From: Octopus sinensis
Taxonomy: Eukaryota
Reading direction: 5' to 3'
DNA length: 15,733 nt
Assembly (NCBI RefSeq): GCF_006345805.1
Contig: NW_021825411.1
Coordinates: 1 to 15,733, forward strand
In this document: positions 1 to 9,884 of the stretch, piece after piece
How the letters are laid out: every line of letters begins with the position of its first letter
Numbering within the stretch: position 1 is the first letter of the stretch
The notes under the pieces: generated by a model
Told to the model about the DNA's origin: nothing
The model's input: the letters and a program-made list of their open reading frames with translations, nothing else
Database searches by the model: none
Program-made: the position numbers and the translations under genes

Positions 1-37
1 TAAGTTTTCAATATCTTAAATATATGTAATGTATCCA

Positions 38-348
38 CATACATACATACATGCATACATACATACATACATACATATATACATACATACATGCATGCAT
101 GCATACATACATACATACATACATACATACATACATACATACAGTAATGTGTGTGTGAGAGTGTGTGTGTGTGTTGTGTGTGTGTGTGTGTGTGTGTATG
201 TATGCGTATGTGTGTATCTGACATTTTTTCTTATCTCTTTCCTTCTTCCGTTCGTTTTACTTTCAGTTTCTCTCAGTAGCAATAGCAATCACTCAATAAC
301 AATCACACACACACACACGCACACACATACACACACACTCAAACACAC
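38..348. repeat. Compound microsatellite: (CATA)n 38-142, (TG)n ~148-216, (CA)n ~304-348
   Basis: Tandem units read directly from the sequence. Confidence 0.95.
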
Positions 349-481
349 GCGTTTATGATGATTGCTTCAGCTTGTTCAAATCATAGCCATATATATTATA
401 CATATATTTATCTCCCCCTCTCGCCCTCTCTCTTCTTGTGTGATATAATATTGTGTTTATTTGTGTTTGTGCGTATGTACA

Positions 482-485
<4 letters not shown>

Positions 486-533
<48 letters not shown>

Positions 534-641
534 GTGTATGTGTATTGGTATGTATATATAATATATGTATGTATGCAAGTATGTATATATATTCAGATAT
601 ACATGATTTTCCATAAATGCATATGGTTACATACATATATC

Positions 642-673
<32 letters not shown>

Positions 674-688
674 ATATATCTATCTATC

Positions 689-728
<40 letters not shown>

Positions 729-729
729 G

Positions 730-767
<38 letters not shown>

Positions 768-830
768 TATATATTATAATTATATTTATATATATATAAT
801 GTATGTATGTATGTATGTATGTATACCTGT
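486..830. repeat. Compound microsatellite: (TA)n, (TCTA)n, (TATG)n
   Basis: Tandem units read directly. Confidence 0.95.
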
Positions 831-1470
831 TTATAGATATGTACACACAGATATCCATATATATAGTCACATACACGTTCATTTATTTCATATCACTAAC
901 ATGACATCTTCTCTGTTTCTCCCATGCTTCCCCGCGCCCTTCCTATACTCACCCCTTCAAAACTTACCCCGTACATTTTACACATACAACCTTTTAACAC
1001 TATAACCATATTTACGACTGGTAATCGACCACTGACGTTTTCGTTTCAAGGAACGCTGAAATTCCTTCAGCGTTTGGCTTTTAACTGATTGCTTTGCATA
1101 CCATCACTCTACATTCTTTCTAGTTACTTTTTGTACGCGTATATATTGGAGCATGGATTGTTACAAATATATATATAAATATATATATATATATTCAGAA
1201 AGAGAGAGAAGGATGGAGAAAACAGAGACAGAGAGAGACCCGAGCCATTTAACACATCAGTGGTATATCAATGATGTAGAAAAAATTTTTTAAATATACC
1301 ACTCGCATAAGCGTATCGCCGTTGATTGTCATCTAAACACAAAAATGGGTATATACATACATAGATACACATGTTCATATATATGTATATGTATACATAT
1401 ATATCTGTGTGTATGTGTATATATGTGTAAAATGTATATATATATATATATATGTATATGTGTGTGTGTA

Positions 1471-2340
1471 TAAATTTTCTTTTTCAGAATGAGATATAAA
1501 ACCAAGGCTGTGAAGAATTTAGAGCATTTATAAATAGGTCTTACAGCTGTTTCCGGGATAATTATTATATCCCTTCATCGGAGACGGTGTGAGTAAATGG
1601 TTAAGCAATAGTAATTTAGATACGATACGAAATAGAAAGTGAAGTGGAGAAATACAAATAGATGTGAGATATGTAGGGATATTTCATTTGTAGATCCATT
1701 ATTTAAGCAGAATAGTCTACATATAAGATTCCAATACCTTGTGAGTAAAATCCGATAGTATCTAAAATTGGTCATTCCGTGTATAGAGTTTGTACACAGT
1801 GCTATTGAATCAAGGGTTTTATTTAACGTGACCTAAAAGTAGGGATTGTATTTGTAAGGTCAAATCGAAAACAGGAATAGAGGAATAAAGAAAATAAAAA
1901 TAAAAAGGAAAAAAGAAAGAAAGAGAAGAGAAGAAAAAAGAAAAAACAGGAAGAGAGGAATAAAGAAAAGAAAGAAAAAGAAAAAAGAAAAGCAAGGAGA
2001 GAGATAGTAAGGGAAAGTGTACCAGTTAGTGGTCAGTCAAGATAATTTGAAAGTAAGAATGGGGAGATGAGGGTGATAGAGGGAGAAAGGTATTAGAGTG
2101 TAAAAAGATAGAAGGTATGGGGGTGATAGAGAGAGAGGTATAAACAGTAAAGGAGTGTCAGTTATGTAGTGATAGAGTCTAAGTGATGGGGCCGAGAGAA
2201 GGGTAGTAGTATGGAATGGAGAACTTAGGAATATAGATTAGGTGGTTGGACAGGTCAGTGCTTAGTGGTAGAAGAACATGTATATGTGAAGATGTATAGA
2301 TATGTGTATTTTATACACGTATATAATCTCTTATATATAC
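1471..2340 (-). mobile_element. Probable non-autonomous Penelope-like/retrozyme-like element carrying a hammerhead motif; boundaries approximate
   Basis: Non-microsatellite block bordered by (TA)/(TG) repeats on the left and TA-rich sequence on the right. Read on the minus strand it has a long C/T-rich tract (plus-strand purine tract ~1880-2220), then the hammerhead, then a ~65-nt tail. No RT or GIY-YIG ORF is recognisable. Confidence 0.45.
1538..1585 (-). ncRNA. Minimal type I hammerhead ribozyme motif (HHR1), U4C core variant
   Basis: Minus strand reads GUCU-CCGAUGA-A-GGGAUA-uaauaau-UAUCCC-G-GAA-ACAGCUGU-A/AGAC. Stem I is GUCU/AGAC, stem II is 6 bp, stem III is the perfect palindrome ACAGCUGU, and the cleavage triplet is GUA (predicted cut between 1542 and 1541). 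Confidence 0.8.
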
Positions 2341-2529
2341 ACACGCTGATATATGACCTACGTTGGACTCCTTATTCGTATAATCACCGAACATGGGGCT
2401 TAACTATAGTAGATCCATAGTACTTACACAGCATTACCTGACACCTTTGGGTCTTACTGACATCATTACCTCCCATAACCTACATATTTGTACATGTTTG
2501 TATACATATATAAATATATTCATATATAG

Positions 2530-2590
2530 AGTCGCAGGACCACATGGTTTAGGTTTCAGTTCCACTGCGCGGCAGGTGTCTATTACTGTA
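2530..2590 (+). mobile_element. Internally deleted 5' fragment of the CORE-like SINE family (family C)
   Basis: accacatggtttaggtttcagttccactgc aligns to accacatggttttgggtatagtcccactgc of the 9459 copy, and gtgtctattactgta resembles its gcgtcttctactatg. Confidence 0.55.
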
Positions 2591-2596
2591 TTTATA

Positions 2597-2651
<55 letters not shown>

Positions 2652-2679
2652 ATGTGTGTGTGTGTGTGTGTGTGTATGT

Positions 2680-2990
2680 GGAGGCGCAATGGCCCAGTGA
2701 TTAAGACAGCGGACTTGTGGTCGTAGGATCGCGGTTTTGATTCCCAGACCAGGCGTTGTGAGTGTTTATTGAGCGAAAGCACCAAAAGCTCCACGAGGTT
2801 CCGGCAGGGGATGGTGGCGATCCCTGCTGTACTCTTTCGCCACAACTTTCTTTCACTCTTTCTTCTGTTGGTCTGCTCGCTTAGCCAGCGGGGTGACGTC
2901 ATTTGAAGGCTAAAACAATGCGAAGCGCATTGTGACCAGCGATGTGTATCCACATCTGATCGCCTGGTCGGTCACGGTGATCACGGTGAT
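2680..2990 (+). mobile_element. tRNA-derived SINE, family A, near full length
   Basis: tRNA-like head with A box tggcccagtga and B box ggttttgattccc. The body matches the partial copy at 11334-11464. The 3' end has tandem tcacggtga x2 and then (TA)n. Confidence 0.85.
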
Positions 2991-2999
2991 ATATATATA

Positions 3000-3470
3000 T
3001 ACTCACACAAACTCTCATCTATAGATACACATATACACACATTTACATGCACAGGTATATAATATACACACGAACTCCCATACACAGTCCTTCATTACGC
3101 ACAGACTTATAGCCACATGTGCAATATACTCACAGTTATATACACATACACACAGATATACACATAGATGTACACTTAAATATAGACAGATATAATAAAC
3201 TCACATATGCACAAACTTACATAAACAATTATACACATATGCACACACACATACATACACATAGATTCCGGCCACATGTGGTCATCATCCTTTCACACAT
3301 ACATCATGTAACATTATCGCACATACATACACACACATACAAACATACACACTCACACATAAATTCACACGAATTATGTTTACCATTGACATACACACAC
3401 ATCACACTGCACACATGTGCATCCACATCGACATACATGCACATACACTTACACACACCTCACAAACTTT
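3000..3470. repeat. Degenerate (CA)/(CATA)-rich low-complexity tract
   Basis: Eroded CA/TA dinucleotide composition. Confidence 0.85.
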
Positions 3471-4004
3471 AACATTCTCATACACCAAAACCCAGCGTTT
3501 CCATATCAACAATATTTAATTTCCGGTTTCTGGAGAAGTTAAGATGAGGAGACAGAAAATTATCCATAAACTCTATAACCAATTCTATTCTATCGCTTTC
3601 TATCAAATTTCCCAGAACAACCCCTTGCATATAATATCTTGCATCTAATCCCTTTACAAGCAGATAAAATGAACTGGACGCAATATCTTCCCGTTACTTT
3701 ACAGTTTTTACGGATGATAAACAATGCCTCAAAATGGCGACTTTTCGTAATGCAGCCTTAACAGTGTATTAGAAGTGCGTATTGTAGTTGGTATTTCCTC
3801 CATTATTTCTCTGGTCTCTTCTTGATTTGCCTGGTTATCTTCAGCTCAGTAACAACTTCCTTTGATAATTGTTTCTAGTTCGCATTGATTACTTTTGGAG
3901 AATGTTTTTCTGCATTGGTTTGCTTTGTTAAGATGTGTCGGGTTAGCTGCGTTTTACTAAATAATTCATTTTACGGACCGACCCTTACAGTCTTCTTTCC
4001 TCTT

Positions 4005-4395
4005 TTCCCGCTCCTCCTCCTCCTCATTCTCTTCCTCCTTGTCCTATGGTTCTTCTTCCTCTTCTTCTTTCGTCCTCTTTCTACAACTCCCCACTTGCTC
4101 CTCCCCTCCTCCATCTTTATCTTCAAATACTACTACTACTGGTAGTAGCAGCTACAGCACCAGCACCAGCAGCAGTAGTAGTGGTAGCAGCAGCAGTAGT
4201 AGTAGTAGTAGTAGTAGTAGTAGCAGCAGCAGTATTGCTATTACCACTGTTATTGCTATTACTGCTGCTTCTGCAACTACCGCATCTTCACCTCTTCTCT
4301 ACCTGCTCTTCTCCTTTTTCTTCTCCTACTTCTCCTTCTTCTCCTTCTTCTTCTTCTTCTTCTTCTTCTTCTTCTTCTTCTCCTTCTTCTTTGCC
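4005..4395. repeat. Trinucleotide arrays: (CCT/CTT)n, (TAC)n, (TAG/CAG)n, (CTT)n
   Basis: Read directly. These explain the poly-S/L/V/F ORFs. Confidence 0.95.
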
Positions 4396-4486
4396 TTGTT
4401 GCTGATATAACTGAATCAATCCCAAGATATCGCCTTTCATGTAAGAATATAATTTTATATTTCTCATTAGATTTTGCCGACAAATG

Positions 4487-4700
4487 GAGAGAGAGAGAGG
4501 GGGAGAAAAAGAGAAAGCGAGAGATGAAACAGTGAGTGAGAAAGAGAGAAAGAGATACATAAAACAGAAAGAGAGAAAAGGAGAGAGTGAGAGAGAACAG
4601 AAAGATAGGACAAATAGAGGATAAGAAATAAGCAGTCAGAAGAGGCTCGGGGAGGGGGGATAGAGAAGAGTGAGAACGAGAAAGAGAGTGAGGGAACAAG
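4487..4700. repeat. Degenerate (GA)n purine tract
   Basis: Read directly. Confidence 0.9.
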
Positions 4701-5017
4701 ATGGCTGAACACAGAATATACAAACTGGAAACCTTGATCTGCGTTGTCTACCTTCTTTACTAGAAATTGCAGCTAAATCTCTCAAGTTACATCCCCAAAC
4801 GTCTTGTAATGATTTGGTGCAAATAAAATCTATGTAGCTCCAGTTACATATTTTCTGAGCTTAGGGCGTGTTGGTCATGGCTGAAACGTCTTTAATTATA
4901 TGATTGTAAAGTCAGAGGCTGTGCTGCGGTTAAAAGAACAACTTGGATGCCAGCCAGATAGTGAATTCCGAACCAAGAGAGGTATTTAGGTCCATCGTTT
5001 GACCTGCTATATATACT

Positions 5018-5247
5018 TATTTCTTTACTACCCACAAGGGGCTAAACACAGAGGAGACAAACAAGGACAGACAGACGGATTGAGTCGATTATATCGACCC
5101 CAGTGCGCAACTGGTCCTTAATTTATCGACCCCGAAAGGATGAAAGGCTAAGTCGAACTCGGCGGAATTTGAACTCAGAACGTAACGGCAGACGAAATAC
5201 CGCTAAGCATTTCACCCGGTACGCTAACGATTCTGCCAGCTCGCCGC
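5018..5247 (-). mobile_element. tRNA-derived SINE, family B, full length, with target-site duplication
   Basis: Minus strand has the head gcggcgagctggcagaatcgttagc, B box gttcaaattcc and central cctttcatcctttcggggtcgataaa. It is closely similar to 10806-11037. It is flanked by the direct repeat gctatatatact (5006-5017 and 5246-5257). Confidence 0.9.
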
Positions 5248-5419
5248 TATATATACTAGCCACATCTTCCTCAAATCACATTCTGGCGTCTGAGAAAAGA
5301 ACGGGTTGTATAATGCAATCCTGAGTATTTTCGTAAAACGTGTCATAGTTACGGCTGGAACGCCTTTGCTTAGTCGTAACATATCATCTTCATTTTTCTT
5401 TTACTGAAATTTTTGTTTC

Positions 5420-5950
5420 TCACTGGGATGACCGTTCTGGACCGAGCACTGCAGATAATGTGAAGTAATGTACTTACTTGTACTTGTGGCGACATTCACC
5501 CTGGGCGGGTTGAGTAGGCTTCTTCTACCACTCTCGAGGCATCTCGAAGAAGTTGGAAGAACTTTCGTGGAAATTTCACAAGCGGTCCCCAACAATCCCG
5601 CATGTAGAGACATCCTGTTTGCCGCAGATTGTCCGCAGACGCAGGGACAGAACGACCGAGGAGCCGCCGGTTGCTGAAACAGACACTCCGAGGATTTTCA
5701 CCAGAGCCCCGTCTGCCGGGTTGTGGCCCTAATACCACTCGGTGTCAGACCAATCCGCCTTGGGTGGCCCTACCAGGAACCGAAGTTCCCGATGGCATAG
5801 CTCTGAGACTACCCTTTGCCGGCGTCCCCACCACGGTGAGGAGGGGATGGACTTTGTGAAGCAATGGAATCGCAAGCATCAAGAAATATTCCGTTCAGTA
5901 TTAATGACAGACCCAGGGTCAAGATTTATTTATAATCAGTTGAAATAACA
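5420..5950. other. GC-rich island (about 58-63% GC in the two 60-nt lines counted, 5641-5760) of unknown origin; possible decayed coding or TE remnant
   Basis: Sharp rise in GC and CpG, with long frames broken by single stops on both strands. No recognisable domain. Confidence 0.35.
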
Positions 5951-6354
5951 GAATCCAAAGGAAAACATAGTTGCGTCATATGGTCTTGCTTTCCGCATGA
6001 ACTGTCCCTCAGAGCCGCATTCATCAATATACGTAAAAACCGAAGAGCAGACATCGGAACACGCTTACATATCTATTGCCGTTACCTTCTATCGTATTTC
6101 TCAGCTCTACCATTTCAAGATAATGTCTTGATTTCAAACGTTACAGATTTTCAATATTAAAGCTCGTCAATTTCTAAGAGTTCACACAGAGGGAAAAATA
6201 GAAGGAAACATTGTAAGCTATTTAATTTATTAAATCGCTTTAATGTTTGTGTCAGGCAGCTCTGTGTAGGTCTTCGGTGATTTGGCTAATTAAATATACA
6301 TATTATATATTAAACATTAAATACAGCATCATTTGCACATACACGTATCAGACA

Positions 6355-6559
6355 CGATATGTATATATACAAAGTATGTATGTATGTATGTGTATAATTG
6401 TGTGTATGAATATACATTTATATATACTCATATGTGTGTGTATGTATGTGTGTGTATATACGAATGCAAATATATGCATACACACACACACATATATATA
6501 TGTATGTATATATATATATGTATTATATGTATATATGTGTGTGTGTATATGTATATATC

Positions 6560-6603
<44 letters not shown>

Positions 6604-6727
6604 GCATGTACATGTGTGCACGTGTGTGTGTGTTAGTGTATGTGCAATATATATAAATTATATAATACATGAACGTATAAATATATAATATATAAGCATA
6701 CATATATAAGATATAGGTATTACCAGG

Positions 6728-6764
<37 letters not shown>

Positions 6765-6848
6765 GCATATTTATACAAGGTATACGTGTGTGTGTGCGTA
6801 TGTTTGTGTTTGTGAGTGTGTGTACGCGTATATGTGCATGTGTGTGTA

Positions 6849-6895
<47 letters not shown>
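6355..6895. repeat. Compound (TA)n/(TG)n/(CA)n/(TATG)n microsatellite field
   Basis: Read directly. Confidence 0.95.
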
Positions 6896-6897
<2 letters not shown>

Positions 6898-7309
6898 CAG
6901 CAGGAGTTGTAAATTTTTATATATTAAATGATACGCATCATCTTGGATGAAAAATAATATAACAACACCATGAAAAACACAGTCTAAAACACACTGAAAA
7001 CTCAGTTAAGTCAACTCCGCTAAGAATAAGTCTGGAAGTGATTAATTAATTAATAATGATAGACTTTACGATATTTTGTCAACGAATTATATTAGATTAA
7101 AATAATCACTGTATATACATATACGCTGCCATTGTGAATCGCCGACAGCGGACTTCGTTGATTATTCACGTTTAGATAGTAAGTTAAATTAAAACTGCAA
7201 AAATTCCAAAGAATTTCTAATTTATCTTGAACATTAATCTATATATTTTCCTCACATAAATTTTATACTGTCAATTATCGGAATTTATCTAAGTTATGTT
7301 TCTGAGGTT

Positions 7310-7548
7310 ATTGCTGTGGTTGTTGTTATTGTTGTTGTTGTTGTTGTTTTTGTTATTGCTGCTGCTGTTGCTGCTGTCGTTGCAGTGGTTGTTGTATATT
7401 CTTTAGCTTTTGGTGTTTTTGTTGTTGTTGTTGTTGTTGTGTTGTTTTTGTTTTTCATTTTCGCTGATGCATTTATTAATGGCTGAATGTTCTGTTAAGA
7501 AAAGAGGGAGGCGGAGAGAAAGAGAGAGAACGAGGGAGAAATACAGCG

Positions 7549-7586
<38 letters not shown>

Positions 7587-7610
7587 CAAAGACAGAGACA
7601 GAAATAGAGA
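7310..7610. repeat. (TTG/CTG)n ~7310-7450 followed by (GA)n ~7500-7610
   Basis: Read directly. Confidence 0.9.
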
Positions 7611-7625
7611 TACTATCCAAATCAG

Positions 7626-7782
7626 CATTATTATTATTATTATTATTATATTATTATTATTATTATTATAATTATCATTATTATTATTATTATTATTATT
7701 TTATTATTATTAGATTATTATTATTATTATTATATCTTTATTATTATTATTATTATTTATTATTATATTATATATTATTATA

Positions 7783-7829
<47 letters not shown>

Positions 7830-7962
7830 ATATCATCAACATATCTGTATTATCCCATCATTATTATCATCACCTTCACGATATTATTATTAATGATTAT
7901 TATATTATTATTATTATTATATTATTATTATATTATCATTATTATTATTATTATTATTATTA

Positions 7963-7994
<32 letters not shown>

Positions 7995-8217
7995 ATATCA
8001 TCAACATTATCTGTATTATCACCATCATTATTATCAGCACCTTCCCTTCACGATTATTATTATTATATTATTATTATATTATATCTTTATTATTATTATA
8101 TTATTATTATTATTATTATTATTATTATCATTATCATATTATTATTATTATTATTATTATTATGATATCATCAAATTATCTGTATTATCACCATCATTAT
8201 TATCATCACCTTCACGA

Positions 8218-8286
<69 letters not shown>

Positions 8287-8289
8287 TAC

Positions 8290-8360
<71 letters not shown>

Positions 8361-8445
8361 ATATCATCAACATTATCTGTATTATCACCATCATTATTAT
8401 CATCACCTTCACGATTATTATTATTATTATTATTATTGGAACACT
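7626..8445. repeat. (TAT)n array containing a 4-copy higher-order repeat
   Basis: A ~57-nt unit (a)atgatatcatcaacattatctgtattatcaccatcattattatcatcaccttcacgat occurs at ~7826, ~7991, ~8162 and ~8357, separated by variable (TAT)n. Confidence 0.9.
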
Positions 8446-8451
8446 CTCCTC

Positions 8452-8630
8452 GGGCATTTCACCTAGATCTTTATGTTATGTTCTCATTTCAATTTCTGTC
8501 AAGGTTACATTTGCCTTCCACGCTTTGGATGTCGATGTAATAACGTGTCATTCATTTTATGGGGTCGAGGTTTTTCCATGAGACGCCTGCCTTCCAAAGA
8601 TCTGACTTATTCCTATTCATAGAATCAACT
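8452..8630 (+). mobile_element. Highly decayed SINE family B copy
   Basis: ggttacatttgccttccacgctttggatgtcgatgtaataa aligns to ggtcgactttgcctttcatcccttcggggttgataaa of the 8754 copy, and tggggtcga follows downstream. Confidence 0.55.
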
Positions 8631-8693
8631 GTTATTATTATTATTTTATTATTATTATTATCATCATCATCATTATTATTATTATTATTATTA

Positions 8694-8748
<55 letters not shown>

Positions 8749-8753
8749 TATAA

Positions 8754-8960
8754 TGCGGCGATGTGGCAGAATCGTTAGCACGTCGGGAAAAAATGCTTAG
8801 CGGTATTTCGTTCGTCTTCACGTTCTGTGTTCAAATTCCGCCGAGGTCGACTTTGCCTTTCATCCCTTCGGGGTTGATAAATGAAATGCCTGTGAAACAC
8901 TGTAACCGACTATCCCCCTCCCCCGAATTTCAGGCATTGTGCCTATAGTGGAAAGGATCA
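8754..8960 (+). mobile_element. tRNA-derived SINE, family B head and centre with an alternative 3' tail
   Basis: A box-like tggcagaatcg, B box gttcaaattcc (8829-8839) and central domain as in the 5018 and 10806 copies. The tail is different (ccctcccccgaatttcaggcattgtgcctatagtggaaagg). It lies within (TAT)n. Confidence 0.85.
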
Positions 8961-8964
8961 TAAT

Positions 8965-9013
8965 CATCATTATTTCTATTATTATTATTATTTTTATCAT
9001 TATTATTATTATA

Positions 9014-9045
<32 letters not shown>

Positions 9046-9076
9046 GTATAGTAGTAGTAGTAGTAGTAGTAGTGGC

Positions 9077-9123
<47 letters not shown>

Positions 9124-9135
9124 CAGCAGCAGCAT
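8965..9135. repeat. (TAT)n changing to (TAG)n and (CAG)n
   Basis: Read directly. Confidence 0.9.
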
Positions 9136-9157
9136 AAGGCGGCGAGTTAGCAGAATC
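9136..9157 (+). mobile_element. 22-nt remnant of the SINE family B 5' head
   Basis: aaggcggcgagttagcagaatc versus aaggcggcgagctggcagaatc (minus strand of 11016-11037): 2 mismatches. Confidence 0.55.
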
Positions 9158-9420
9158 ACTAATAGGCCTTGGAGATTTTAGGTAAAATTATACTAATGTG
9201 TCCATCTGTTTTAATTTAATTAAATTCTATTTCTTTGTGCAGCTGAGGATTGCTCTGCATTTACACCGATGTAATGGCTGCATTGTCCAATTAAATGGAG
9301 TTACCTGAAACGATCGTACTGCATTACCACTGGATATCCGTGTTGCTTATTTTGATTCTAATCACCTTGTTTTGAAATTGTATGGATAATACCATATCCA
9401 TCTGAGTATATCTATCTATC

Positions 9421-9458
<38 letters not shown>

Positions 9459-9460
<2 letters not shown>

Positions 9461-9867
9461 TGCAGGCGTGGCTGTGTGGTAAGAAGCTTGATTCCCAACC
9501 ACATGGTTTTGGGTATAGTCCCACTGCATGACTCCTTGAGCAAGCGTCTTCTACTATGGCATTAGGCCGACCAAAGCTTTATGAGTGGATTTGGTAGACC
9601 GAAGCTGAAAGAAGCCCGACGTATATGTTTATATACATGTATATACCAATGTGTGTGCACGTCTTTGTGTCGATGCTGTCCCCCATAACCATTTGACAGC
9701 CGATTTTGGTGTGTTTACATCCTCGTAATTTCGCGGTTCGTCAACAGAAATCGATAGAATAGTCACTAAGCTTAAAAATCGATGCTGCGGTCGATTTGCT
9801 CCACTAAAATTCTTAACGATACTGCTCCAGCATGGTCGCAGTCAAATGACTGAAGCGAGTAAAAGAA
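9459..9867 (+). mobile_element. tRNA-derived CORE-like SINE (family C; resembles octopus OR2 from memory), full length
   Basis: A box tggctgtgtgg (9469-9479) and decayed B box ggtatagtccc (9512-9522). The segment ccttgagcaag resembles the CCTTGGGCAAG of the MIR/CORE domain. It has an internal TA/TG tract and is flanked by (TA)n. It matches the split inverted copy at 13094-13815. Confidence 0.85.
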
Positions 9868-9884
9868 CATATATATATATATAT

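Noticed and set aside
1027-1075. Fourth hammerhead-like string on the minus strand (CTGAAGG…GAAACGAAAACGTC) and a 9-bp hairpin aacgctgaa/ttcagcgtt
   Set aside because: A9 is missing, stem I does not close in register, and a competing hairpin swallows the core.
1259-1303. 10-bp inverted repeat agtggtatat/atataccact; similar small hairpins at 11305-11334 and 15643-15664
   Set aside because: Short AT-rich stems of this kind are expected by chance in 15.7 kb.
1475-1535. Strong-looking acceptor ttttctttttcAG at 1487 followed by ATG
   Set aside because: All three frames stop within about 15 codons, and the site lies in the tail of the hammerhead element.
2680-2755. tRNA genes at the SINE heads (also 8754, 9459, 5247 and 11037)
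   Set aside because: Only A/B boxes are present, there is no full cloverleaf, and each runs on into a repeated SINE body.
5468-5677. 69-aa ORF with a hydrophobic, signal-peptide-like N-terminus
   Set aside because: It is short, has no recognisable family motif, and competing frames are as long. It is kept only as part of the GC-island finding.
7826-8415. Repeat-spacer pattern superficially like a CRISPR array
   Set aside because: The spacers are all (TAT)n, the repeats are ~57 nt and microsatellite-derived, there are no cas genes, and the context is eukaryotic.
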